Shown piece after piece: positions 24,081 to 36,343 of a DNA stretch of 64,000 nucleotides (the stretch's first letter is position 1; each line of letters begins with the position of its first letter). The position numbers and the translations under genes are program-made. The stretch is from NCBI RefSeq assembly GCF_964194155.1, contig NC_135909.1, positions 21,080,001-21,144,000 of the forward strand. Reading direction: 5' to 3'. The notes beneath the pieces are model-generated. The model made no database searches and was not told the origin of the DNA. It saw nothing but the letters and a program-made list of their open reading frames with translations. Source of the DNA: Cetorhinus maximus. Lineage: Eukaryota.

Positions 24081-25011
24081 GAGTCTAGACAGAGTAGACA
24101 GGGATGCTCGGTTTCCCCAAGGAGAGAGGCTAATTACAAGGGGACAGAGATTTGAGGTGATTGGTTGAAGGATTGGAGGGGACATGAGGAAAGATTTCTT
24201 CACCCAGAGGGTGGTGGATGTTTGGAATTTGCTGCCTGGTTTGGTGGTGGAGGCAGAAGCCCTCAGCTCATTTTAAAGGTACCCGGATCTGCACCTAAAG
24301 TGCTGTAACCTGCAAGGATCCGGACCGGGTGCTGGAAGGTGGGATTCGAATGGGCAGCTCGTTTTTTTTCTTTTCGCCCAGCCCAGGCACTAAAGGCTGA
24401 GTGGCTTCTTTCTGTGGTGTAACTTTCCTATAGTTCTATTGTTCTATGGAGTCAACACCTTCAGGAGAGGATAGTGGAACCAGTGAGTGTCGAACTGAAC
24501 CCAGCCAGAGTCAGCACCTTCAGGGGAGGAGAGAAAAGTCGATGAAAAGGAAAATAGCTGGAGTTGGTGCGATGGGTTTGGATTTCTGCACTGGGAGGAG
24601 GAAGTGTGTGTGGGACATGGTTTTACAGCTTTGGGGGAACAAGAGAGGAAAGAATGTTCCAGAGAAATTAAATTGTTCTGAATTTCTATCCTGTATTTAA
24701 TGATTTTTAAACTCCTTTTACAGGGTAGAAGGGGAGCATCTGCAGACAGAACACTCATTCCTCGGAACCTGAATATGATAGGTCTTTGAATGTGGAATGA
24801 GAAATATTTGTCTGTTCCCTCCTTGGGAAAAGATTTCATACATCAGTGTGACTGGAAAAGCACCGAGACACACACACCCCCCCGAGTGAGAGTGTTCCAG
24901 TGCACTGACTGTGGAAGTAGCTTTAAACAGTTATACAGCTAGAAAAAGGATCACATTATTCACAGTGGGGAGAAACCATACACACGTGTGCATGGACAAG
25001 GCTTCATTTGA

Positions 25012-26058
25012 ATGTCCGACCTGGAGAGACACAAGGGCTCCTGCACTGCGGAGAAACCGTGGAAATGTGGGGACTGTGGGAAGGGATTCAGATCTCCATC
25101 CCTACTGGAAACTCATCGACGCAGTCACACTGGGGAGAGACCGTTCATCTGCTCCGAGTGTGAGAAGGGATTCACTCACTCATCTGCCCTGCTGAAACAC
25201 CAGCGAAGTCACACTCTGGAACGGCCTTACACCTGTTTCCTGTGTCAGAAAGGATTCACAACGACATCCAATCTATCCGCACACCAGCGAGTTCACACTG
25301 GGGAGAGGCCGTTCACCTGCTCCGTGTGTCAGAAAGGTTTCAAAACTACATCCAACCTATTGACACACCAGCGAGTTCACACTGGGGAGAGGCCGTTAAT
25401 CTGCTCCAGGTGTGGGAAGGGATTCACTCAGTCATCCCAGCTCACTAAACATCAACTTGTCCACACTGACCAGAGACCGTTTCAGTGCCCTGTGTGTGAG
25501 AAGAGCTTTAAAAGCACAAAGCAGCTGCTGGAACACCAACACACTCACAGTGGGGAGAGGCAATTCCCCTGCTCCGTGTGTGGGAAAGCATTTCCTCGGT
25601 TATTCCATCTGCAGCAACACCAAGTAGTTCACACTGAGCAGAGGCCTTTTCAATGCCCTGACTGTGAGAAGAGCTTTAAAAGCAGCAATAATCTGCGGAA
25701 GCACCAACGCACTCACTCAGGAGAGAGGCCGTTCACCTGTTCTGTGTGTGAGAAGACATTTAATTGTTCATCCAACCTATTGACACACCAGCGAATTCAC
25801 ACTGGGGAGAGGCCATTCATCTGCTCTGTGTGTGGGAAAGGATTCACTCGGCCATCGAACCTCACTGAACATCAACTAGTTCACACTGAGCAGAGACCTT
25901 TTCAATGTCCGGACTGTGAGAAGAGCTTTAAAAGCAGCAATGATCTGCGGAAGCACCAACGCACTCACTCTGGGCAGAGGCCGTTCCCCTGCTCTGTGTG
26001 TGGGAAGGGATTCACTCGGTCATCCAATCTGCTGCAACATCAGCGAGTTCACATGTGA
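25012..26058 (+). CDS. C2H2 zinc-finger protein, 12 tandem fingers, no KRAB/BTB/SCAN domain visible
   Basis: Intact 348-aa ORF with 12 CxxC-x12-HxxxH fingers and TGERP-type linkers; splice acceptor ccttttacag at 24714-24723; start codon uncertain. Confidence 0.9.
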   Translation: MSDLERHKGSCTAEKPWKCGDCGKGFRSPSLLETHRRSHTGERPFICSECEKGFTHSSALLKHQRSHTLERPYTCFLCQKGFTTTSNLSAHQRVHTGERPFTCSVCQKGFKTTSNLLTHQRVHTGERPLICSRCGKGFTQSSQLTKHQLVHTDQRPFQCPVCEKSFKSTKQLLEHQHTHSGERQFPCSVCGKAFPRLFHLQQHQVVHTEQRPFQCPDCEKSFKSSNNLRKHQRTHSGERPFTCSVCEKTFNCSSNLLTHQRIHTGERPFICSVCGKGFTRPSNLTEHQLVHTEQRPFQCPDCEKSFKSSNDLRKHQRTHSGQRPFPCSVCGKGFTRSSNLLQHQRVHM

Positions 26059-27594
26059 CTGCAGGGGTTGGATTCTGCTGTCAATGCTGCTGTTAATCAC
26101 ATCCAGGACTGAACCATGTTCATTCTGACAGTCAGATATTTTGAGATTGATTCAATAATTAATCTAGTTTTAAATACATTATGTTGGGTCCTTAATTTCT
26201 CCAAGTTAAGTGGAGACTAATTGATGTCCTGTTACTGACTGTTCTATATTTGGGTCTTTTCCCCCTTACAACTTGATTATTTCAGTTATCATCCCTTCAA
26301 TTACTCTCAGGGACAAGTCTCAGCTCCCCGTACCTTCCAGAGTGCCTGTCCTAGACTTGGTATTCAGGAAAGGTATCAGTAACATTCCCGGGAGCACTAA
26401 ACACAAAATCCAGTCTGTTAATCACTTTCAGCTACTGGACATAGTGTGTGTCCTACAGCATCTCTCTCACCTTCGATGTGTGAATAAACATCACACCTAT
26501 AAACCTGGTTTCAATTTAATTTAATTCAATTTAATTCAAGCTACTGCCATTATAAATCTGTAGCAATTTATTTCAATCATTTCATGTTTAATATTGAATT
26601 GGGATTTATTTTGTGGCAATCTTTCGATGTCTGGATCAATCAGTATTTCTGTTGCAAACGAGTCAGCCTTTTCCGAACACTCGGAATAAGGTGATGGTGA
26701 TATCACAAAAAGAGATCAGTGGAGCTTGAAGTCAGCACCTGACTCACACCAGGTTGAGTCTGATTTCCTTCCACTCTGATTAATGTTGTTCTTAATCGCC
26801 ATCAGCCTCACGGACCCAGATTGGAAATGACTGGAGGCATTACAAACATAGCAACTTATAAATTAGGAGCAGGAATCGGCCATTCGGCCCCTCCAGCCTG
26901 CTTCCCCCATTCAATAAGATCATGGCAGATGTTCTTCTGGCCTCAACTCCCACTTTCCTCCCTACCTCCGATACCCTTTAACTCCTTTTTCAATCAAGAA
27001 TCTATCTAACTTTGCCTTAAAATGTTCAATGGCTCTGCCTCCAGCTTAACTCCAGGGAGAGACAGAGAAAGGCATCTAAAAACAGGACAGGTCTGCTGTA
27101 AAATAACCAGGCATTTAAAAGTGCCGTGCCTTCAGAACAGAAGAACTTTCTCTGCTCCCTGTAAACCTGATTCCAGCTACTAAACTCACATGTTTACGTA
27201 ACCTCCGGCAATTCCACTGTGGAAGCCATTGCAGCTGCCAAGACAATTCTATAACTTAAAAACCTTCATTTCAGACAGCACAACATCTCGACTTCAAAAT
27301 ATATCAGGCCTGCACTGAGTATGGACTAAAATGATCCAATTTTATAAGTACTGTTCTATCTTCATTTGTATCTCATCCACATGTGTATGTGTTAGCAACT
27401 TTATCTATTCTTCAGTAAATTCCAGAGCAATAGAGTAAAATAAACTAATCATTTATTTTTTTAAGGAAAAAGGTTTTTCCACTGGCTTATTTACAGTTGA
27501 ATTTCTCACTCCATGGGTAAGGAAATATACACAACTTACAAATATATTGTTCATGGGCAACTTCAGGGAAACACCTTTAAAGCATCCGTGACAT

Positions 27595-28460
27595 TATTAA
27601 TAACATCCATAGACATTCCACTGTCAACTACTTTAGTAACCTCTCCCAAAAATCAGTCCTATTCATCAGGAATGACCTCCCCTTTACAAATCCATGTTGG
27701 CTTTCTCTGAACAGCTGAAAAACTTCGAGGCGTACAGACTCCCTATTCTTCATAGTGAACTCTCGGAATTTCCTGACAACAGGGCTTAGTCGAACTGGCC
27801 GACAATTCCCTGGTTTCCATCTGACTCCTTTCTTAAATGTTGGAATGACAGGCAATATTTTCCAATCTGAGGGAATGGTCCCCAAGTGGAGAGAAGTTTG
27901 AACACTTTTGTTCTCAACTCCTTCCTTTAATTCCCTGCAATGAAACAATCTCCTCTTGGAGTTTTGTTACTCGTTAGTGCCATTAGTTTCTTCATTACTA
28001 TTATCTTGCTTATGTGAACTTTGTTGAGTCCTTCTTCCCGATTCAATAGTAGATTCCTTGGGATACCTGAAATGCTGACTCTTCCTCTATTGCACATACT
28101 GAAACAATGTCTTAAACTTCCTTATTTTCATTGACAACAGTACTGCTAACAGTTTTCAATTGGCCCACACGCTCTGATCATTCTCCTTCTCCTAATATAA
28201 TTGTAAAAGTTTGTGTTGATTTTGAAATCTATTACATTTTTATTATACTGCGTTTTAGGAGTTTGTTATCTGCTTTGTTCCCATTTCCTGCTCTTTGTAT
28301 CTTTCCTATTCACCAGGATCTCTCCTTTCTTTGCAGTTATGTTTGCAGAGTTTCATGTTGTTTCTTGCCTCCTTCCTTGTCCATTAGGCAAATAGATCTC
28401 TCGAAGGTTAATGGTAGAAGCTGGCTCTGCACCATGTTAAACTATTTGTGAACAGTTCCT
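27595..28460 (-). mobile_element. Old CR1 RT fragment
   Basis: PSDWK....PTFKKG.R.KPGNCRPV.LSPVV.K, ESQHGFVKGRS. Confidence 0.8.
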
Positions 28461-28650
28461 CCTCACCATTTGTCTTTTTCCTCATGAACAGATTTGCCCA
28501 GTTTACTGTGGACAATCTCTGTCTCATTCCCATTGAATTCAGCCTCACTGAAAATGAGAAACTTACTAGCTGTTTCATGCTTCTTCCTTTCAAGCATTGA
28601 GTTGAACTCAATCATATTAACACCACTGGCTAAGTGCTCATGCACTCTCA

Positions 28651-28940
28651 TGGGGAGGTGGTGGAATAGTGGTAATGTCACTGGGCTAGTAATCCAGAGA
28701 CCCAGTCTAATTCTCTGGGGGCCATGGGTTCATATCCCCCATGGCAGCTGGTGGAATTTAAATTCATTTAATTAAATCGGGATTTTTAAAAAGTAGAGTG
28801 ACCATGAATCGATTGTTGTAAAAACCCATCTGGTTCACTCATACCCGTTAGGGAAGGAAATCTGCCGGGCCTGGCCTGGCCTACACCTGACTGCAGACCA
28901 ACAGCAATGTTGTTGACTCCCAGCAAGCCACTCAGTTGAT
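28651..28940 (+). mobile_element. tRNA-derived SINE head and body, directly upstream of the LINE ORF
   Basis: A-box-like tggaatagtgg, B-box-like ggttcatatccc; same family as 42432-42752 (aaaacccatctggttcact...agggaaggaaatctgccg). Confidence 0.75.
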
Positions 28941-28974
28941 CAAACTGTTAAAAAGCAGAAAAAGGAATGAAACT

Positions 28975-31823
28975 GAATGGACCACCCGGCATCGAACCTA
29001 GGTACCGGAAATTATACCCAGCCTAGACCCTCCAAAAGCCTCCTTACTAACATCTGGGGGCTTGTGCCAAAGTTGGGAGAGATGTCCCACAGTCTAGCCA
29101 AGGCACAGCCTGACATTGTCATGCTCATGGAATTATACATTACAGACAATGTCCCAGACACCATCATCACCATCCCTGGGTATGTCCTGTCACCAGTGGT
29201 GGTGCCACTGTGCTATACAGGTGGGAGGGAGTTGCCCTGGGAGTCCTTAACTTCGACTCGGGAGCCCATGAAGTCTCTTGGCATCAGGCCAAAAATGGGC
29301 AAGCAAACCACCAGATGGTTACCACTTGCGGTAACTGGCACCCCCACCACCAATCCACAACAACCCCATCCCCTCAGCTGATGACTCAGTACTCCTCAAA
29401 GTTGAACACCATTTGGAGGAAGAATGCTACTGTGCTAAATGGGCTAGATTTTGAACAGATATAACACCTCCAAACTGGGCATCTGAAGTGTAGTGGGCAT
29501 CAGCAGCAGTATTGTACTCAACCGCAAACCATCACCTCATGGCTTGGCACAACCTCCACCGTACCATTATCATCAAGTTAGGGGATCAATGCTGGAACAA
29601 TGAAGAGTGCAGGGGGGCCATGCTCAGAGCAGCACCAGGTATACCTAAAAATGTGTTAACCTGTGTACCTATAATACAGGACTACTTGCATGCCCGGCAG
29701 CATTAGCAGCAAGTGAGAGAGCTAAGCGATCCCACAACCAATGGATCAGCTGTAAGCTCTGCAGTCCTGACACGTCGATGCATGAATGCTGGCTGGCAAA
29801 TAAAAAACTCTCAGGAGGAGCCGGTTCCACAAATATCCCCATCGTCAATGATGGGGGAACCCAGCACGAGTGCGAAAATAAAGCTGAAGCATTTGCAACT
29901 GCCAGAAGTTCCAGGTGGATGATTTATCTCAGCCTCCTCCTTTGATCCTCAGCATCTCAGAAGCCAATCTTCAGCCAATCTGATTCACTCCAGGTGATAT
30001 CAATAAACAGCTGAAGGCACTAGACACTGCAAAGTCTATTGGCCCTGACAACATACCGGCAATAGCACTGAAGACTTGTGCTCTAGAATTGGCTGCACCC
30101 TTAGCCAAACTGTTCCAGTAATAACAAGGCTTTGTCTCCCAGTGTGATGTCCAGTGGAGGCAAAAGCGGTAAAGGTCTTGGCATAGGAGGTGTTAAAAGG
30201 CACCGAAAAGTCTTCCGAGATAATATCCAGGGAATCACTAAACCTACCATTCATCACCTCACTCAATGTGAAGGTGTTGAACACATTTCCAGCCTCATTT
30301 ATGAGGAAACTCACAGGATTGTCAAGGTTTCCTTGGAAAATATCATCTGGGACTCGGTCAACTACAAAGAACATGCTAAACAAAAGACATTTACAGCTAC
30401 ATCACTGACATCGATCCAGCTATGTGGAAAATTGCCCAGGTTATGTCCTGTCCAGAAAAAGCAGGAAAACTCCAATCCGGCCAATTATCACCCCTTCAGT
30501 CTATTCTTGTTCATCAGTGAAGTGATGGAAGGGGTCATGGGCAGTGCTATCAAGTGGCACTTACACAGCATTAATCTATTCAGTTTGGGTTCTGCTAGGG
30601 TGTCTCAGCTCCTGACCTCATTACAGCATTGGTCCAAACATGGACAAAAGAGCTGAACTCCAGGGGTGAGGTGACAGTGACTGCACTTGACACCAAGGCT
30701 ACATTTGATCGAATGTGACATCAAGGAGCCCTATCACAAATGATGTCAATGGGAATCAAGGTAAAATAACTGTCCACTGTTTGATGCCATACCCAGCATA
30801 AAAGAAGATGGTTGTGGTTGTCGGAGATCATCTCATCCTCAGGACATTGTTGCTGCAGTCCCACAGGATAGTGTTCTAGGCCCAACCATCTTCAGCTGCT
30901 TCATCAATGGCCAATGACCTTCCCTCTATGATAAGGTCAGAAGTGGGATATTTGCTGCTGATTGCACTATGTTCAGCACCATTCCTGACTCCTCAGGCAC
31001 CTAAACAGTCCATGTCCACATGCAGCAAGGCTTGGGCAAGATTCAGGCTTGGGCTGACAAGTGGCAAGAGACATTCACACCACAGAAGTGCCAAACAATG
31101 ACTATCTCCAACAAGAGAGAATCTAACCATCTCCCCATGACAGTCAATGACATTACGCTTGCTGAATCCCTGACTATCAACATCTTGGGGGTGTTACCAT
31201 TGACTAGAAACTGAACTGGATGAGCCATATAAATAATATGGTGACAAAAGCAAGTCAGAGACTTGGAATTCTGTGGCGGGTAACTCACCTCCTGACTCCC
31301 CAAAGCCTTTCTACCATTGACAAGGCACAAGTCAGGAGCGTGATGAAATATTGTCCACTTGCCTGGATGAGTACAGCTTGACATGATCCAGAAGAAAGCC
31401 CACTTGATTGGTACTCCATCCACCACTTTCAACATTCACTTTCTCCACCACCATCCCCAGTGGCAGCAGTGTACCATCTACAAGATTCTCCACAGCAACT
31501 CCCAAAAGGCTCTTTCACCAGCAACTTAAAAACCCGCCACCTCTACCACCTAGAAGGACAGGAGCAGCAAATGCATGGTAACACCACAACCTGCAAGTTC
31601 CCCTCCAAACCACACACCATCCTCACCTGAAATTATATCACCGTTCCTTCACTGTCACTGGGTCAAAATCCACAAAATGCCTTCCTAAGAGCACTGTGGG
31701 TGTACCTATACCACATGGACTGCAGCAGTTCATAAAGGCAACTCACCATCACCTTCTCAAGGACAATTACATAGGAACAACAAACGATGGTCTAGCCAGC
31801 GATACCCACATCCCACGAATGAA
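28975..31823 (+). mobile_element. CR1/L2-superfamily LINE (APE and RT), degenerate, carrying an H4 insert
   Basis: LLTNIWGLVPKLGE, NPANYHP.SL, VPQDSVLGP, WADKWQ.TF.PQKCQ; 3' tail shared with the local SINE family. Confidence 0.85.
30121..30398 (+). pseudogene. H4: Histone H4 retro-fragment (26-nt leader plus codons 1-84, ATG at 30147) inside a LINE
   Basis: [37 protein letters not shown]...[10 protein letters not shown] aligns without gaps to canonical H4 (56/84 identical by hand count); C-terminus and stem-loop missing. Confidence 0.93.
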
Positions 31824-31829
31824 TTCAAG

Positions 31830-32450
31830 AAGCCCTTTAGGCTGTTACCTAACTCTGGTCCATTCATCTTTGTTAGATCTAATATAATCACCCACTCTTG
31901 CTGTTTCTCTGACAGGAATCTATCCCAGACACACTCAAAAAACTCCCTATATTTCTGACAAGTGTTATTCTTATCCCAATATACATGGAAGTTAAAATCC
32001 CCCAATGAAACCATTCTTCCTTTGCTACATGCTTGTCTAATCTCAGCATGTTTACAAACAGCCACTTCCAGGCTACTACCTGGAGACATATACATAACTT
32101 CAACTAAAGTGTTAAAAATATTCCATTTCTTAATTCTATCCATAAAGCTTCCACTCCTTGCTGATCTCAGCACATATCCTCTCTTATGATAGAACCAATT
32201 TCATCTGCAACAGTTAAGGTTACTCTTCTCCCTCTACCATTTTCCCTATCTCCCTGTAGACCTAATTATCTGGCATATTTATTTCCCAGTCCTGATGGTC
32301 ATGGAACCTGGTCTCTCTAGAAGCAACCACGTCATATCCTTCAAGTTGTATCTGTGTCTGCAATTCATTCAGTTTGTTCCTCAGATTCTGTGCGTTTGAA
32401 TAAAGAATGTTTGTTTGAGCCATTACCCCTATCCTGTCCTTCTGCTCGAA
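31830..32450 (-). mobile_element. Old CR1 APE fragment
   Basis: ILYSNAQNLRNKLNEL, YDVVA..ET, LGDFNFH. Confidence 0.75.
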
Positions 32451-33029
32451 CATTTTATCAACACATTTCCTATCCAAATTCATGTGACATATCTGCCCGC
32501 TAAAGCTGGCTGGTGAGTCCAAAACTAGGACACACTCACACAATAAGTTTCAGCTACTTTGGACATTTTTTTCACTCCAAGTGTTTTGGATCTTTGGAAT
32601 TGTCTCCCCCAGAGAGCTAGGGGTGCTCAGCTACTGTCTGTATTCAAACTGAAATCAATAACATGTTTGGATAATAAGAGACCTGGAGATAGAGTGGGGA
32701 GGTGCACTTCATTGAGTTAAGGTAATGGATCCGCTGTACTGTATTCAATGGGGGAACAGCAGGGAAGGGCTGAGTGGCTGACCGCTGCTCCAATTTCTAA
32801 TGTTCTTATGCTCATCTCTCTGCAATGTGCTATGTTCTGGGCATTTCTAAAACTTGTTTTCCTTTTCTTTGACAACCGTCTCTGTAACTGAAGCTGTTCG
32901 GTCAACTTGCAAATTGATCTTAAATATTTGAATAATTTGCAAGCCATTGCTGCTGATGTGCTGGGTGTATTTCCATATAGCTCACAAACCACTCAGGGGA
33001 GGCCAAATCGCAGCCTTGTTAAAAAACAT

Positions 33030-34280
33030 GAAAAAGGCCATTTAGCAAATTAATGGAAGGGCATTAGAGGAAAATAGCTAAACAAAGTTATGAAATGAAT
33101 AAAATTTATAGGTGATTAATCATGTGAGATTTAAACTACAGAAAATGATCTGGGAAGAAAAGGTAGGAAAGGGGAAAAGGGAATGGAATATTTACAGTGT
33201 GTTCAGGACTTACCCAGTAGATAGGAAGTCCAGCAAGGCAGTGGTGATGGGGTCTGGTCATTGAGGAATAAACCAGAGCAGATATGAGAAGTCAGCACAG
33301 TTCAAATCAATCATCGAACGGAACAACCAGGTTTGAGGTAATGATTGAGAAAAATGTAAAGAAGAAAAGCCAAAAATAGTAAATTGCAATAAAATAGTTC
33401 CGGAGGGTTGGGAATATAACTTATGAAGATAAACCTGGACAGAATATTTATGAACAAAGAGATAGAACAGCAGTGATCAAACAACAACAGGAGAAATACA
33501 TTCTGCTAGAACAGGAACCAATTATCCAATAGTGAAATTCCCTGGATAAGTAAAGGGATCAGGGCAAAACTGAAATTAAAGTAAAAGGCCTGTGCTGACG
33601 GACGTTGACAATAAAGGAGAGGATGATAAATGGACAAATCAAGAGGTTAGACAGCTGGTCAAATAGAAGTTCCAGGATTAAGTTATGAAGGAATATAAAA
33701 GCAAATAGGAAAATATCTGATGGACACAGAAACAACAAAGGGCAAATGAGAATATGGAAAGAGTCTCAGAAGGATGCACAAGAAAAAAGCTCAGGTAATG
33801 ACAGAGTTTAGGGAGAAATATTGGATTGTTACTTGGCCTCAGTTTTTAAACCAGATAAACTGACCACATGGATTAATATCATTCCAAATAGATTTTAAGA
33901 CATCTAACAAAGAAAGGAGGGGAGAGCAATGAAACATGGAAATGGTAAATCTTTGGAACTAGATGAATTACATCCATGTATGCTAAAACAGAGAAGGAAG
34001 ACTCCACTGGGACAGATGAATTCAGATCTAAACCCCACGCCTCAAGGTGCTTAAGATGGGGTGCAGGGCACAGTTTCTCCAGACTAATACTGAAGTTTTA
34101 AGGATTAAACGATGAGAATTGATTGTGTAAATTAGTCTTGCACTCACTTTATCTAGAACCGATTAAGAGATGATATTTGGAAATGTTTGAGCTGATTATA
34201 GGATTAAATAGGATAGAGAGAAACTAATTCTTCAGGTGGGTGAATCCTGAAGACGGTATTCCCCAAACATTAGAGCGAGG
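33030..34280 (+). mobile_element. Highly decayed CR1-like ORF2 fragments
   Basis: A-rich decayed sequence with residual CR1 motifs (ttacttggcctcagttttt, gatgaattacatccatgtatgctaaaa). Confidence 0.45.
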
Positions 34281-36343
34281 CCCCCCATCTCTGCCACTGC
34301 TATATCTCCCTTTCTGATTGTTTCAGTCCCAATTCATTCTCTATCACTATTTCTGCACCTCTCCCTCTCCCCTTTCTCTATAGCCATCTCACTTTCTCGG
34401 TCTTTCCCCCTTCTCTCTGCTTCGATTATCATTTTCTCCTCTCTTCCACATTCTCCATCTTTTGTCTTCTATGCAACTATTTCTTTTCCCCCTCCTGTGT
34501 TTCCATACCTCGTTCACTGTGTCTCACTCTCTCTTCTCTTGCTAAGAATCTATCTTCCTCTCTCTCAGTTACATTAATTTTCTTCTTCACACTGTAATCC
34601 TCTGCCTTCCCTCTGTCTTGTTTTATTTCACTCTGTTCCTTCCATCCCCTCTCTCTCTGTCACTCTCTCTCTCTTCCCATGTGTACCTTATAAATTGTCA
34701 AAATTGCTCATGCATCAGGTCAGTTTCCACATGAACCCACCCTGTGCTCCAAGAACATTATATGTGATGAGCTCAGCTTCTCCATTCCCTGTTTTTAATG
34801 AGCTGGCCTGGATGTTCCAGGCTCCATCGGTGGCTTCAAGAACTGTAACATTTTGCTAGAAGCCAGAGGAACATTTGCTTTTGATTCCAATGTTTGCTGC
34901 ACCTTCTGCCTCCCCATCTCCTAGATTCAATTCATGACATCATCACTAGGCGATATAGCCACCAGCTTATGTACATGTGCTGCCTGGGGAATGTAAAACC
35001 ACAGGACACAGTCTTATACTGTGGGTCAGCCATTATGGTCTAAGATTAAGATCAATTTCTTCACTGAAAGGGTTGTGAATCTTTGGCATTTCCTAACCCA
35101 GGCATTGAGTATATTGAAGAAATAATTTGACAGATGTTTGGATACCAAGGTGATAAAGGGATATGGGGGTAGGTCAGGAAGGTGGAGATAAAGTAAAATA
35201 TTGGCCATTATCATACTGAGTGGCAGCACAGGCTCTGGAGTAGCCCACTCCTGCTCTTATGTCTGATGTTTTCTTCATGTCCACATGCCTGTGATGTGTT
35301 TTGCTTGGTATATCTGATTAACCTTGATTTTTTTTTTTCCCTTTATTTTTGTCTGGCTATCTCTATAACTGAATTAGTTCATTCAGTTTACAAACTCATC
35401 TGAAACATTTGAATAGCTGGCAGGGAGTTGATCCTGATCTGTGGAGCTTATCTCCATACAGTACACAGGGTGAAGCACAAGGAAGAGTGAAGACCATCCA
35501 GGTTCAATAACACAAAAAATACCATTCTACAGGATAGATAATATTGGAAAAGCATTGGAGGGAAATATTTAAACAAAGCTATGGAATGAGTAAAATTCAG
35601 AGCATAAAAATCATGGGAGATTTCAAAGCAAGTGTTTTGTCAGGAAGATGTCGGGAAAGTTGAAAACTGGAATTGGGTAGTTATCCTGCGTTCAGGCTGC
35701 ATTTCTTCCCCAGAACCTCGGAAGCCCAACAAGAGATGAATCACTGCTGCATCTAAGAGTTTAACATGAAGCAGAACAGATAAGAACATTAAAGTTTCAG
35801 TGAAAATCGAGGCAATAATACTCACAGCCAAATAAAACTTATACAATAATTGAAGAAGATTCTAGTAAGGAAAGGCAGAAATGTAATATATAGAAAAAGC
35901 TTAATATTAGGAGATGGGAATACGACTTGGAAAGATAAACTGGAAAGAATATTACTGGACAAAGAGATAGAACAGCAGTGGGAATTATTTCAAATGGAGA
36001 TCAGTGGACTTCAGGAGAAATAAATTGCATGAAAAAGATACAGCGCAGCCACTATTAAAACACATCTTCTTCTTGAGCTCTCTGCCCGCAGGCAGACTGA
36101 CCCACAACATCACAATCTCCATTATGGGAAGGGTAAAGAGGCAGCTCCTGAATCTACCCCAGCTGGAGCGGGGATTGAATCCTGTGTTGTTGACAACAAC
36201 CTGTTTCACACCAGCTTTCCAGCCAACTGAGTCCCCATGGAGTACTAGTTGCTGTGGCTGCCTGCATTTTTACATGTATTATGGCCCAGTGATGGTAAAT
36301 GCTGAGCTGCTCCAATCTCAGAAACTTGAAACCCTGCCACAGC

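Larger units (their letters stand above)
17702..24447 (+). mobile_element. Outer 5'-truncated, internally deleted CR1 LINE (host of two nested insertions), intronic
   Basis: APE and RT fragments at 17702-18271 and 22573-24447; tail ttcctatagttctattgttctat; flanked by gagtcaacaccttcagRagag at 17679 and 24449. Confidence 0.85.

Noticed and set aside
27045-27593. LTR-like segment ending in gtgaca with an AATAAA
   Set aside because: No 5' terminus or TSD found, so it cannot be supported as a feature
30132-30656. 174-aa H4-RT fusion as a functional protein
   Set aside because: The H4 part has many CpG-type changes at invariant residues, and the LINE part drifts between frames and soon stops; no promoter seen
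34290-34680. Pyrimidine-rich tract (also 9165-9360)
   Set aside because: Low-complexity sequence without a defined unit or coding signal
36035-36236. Minus-strand tRNA-like sequence
   Set aside because: No cloverleaf; looks like a decayed SINE head
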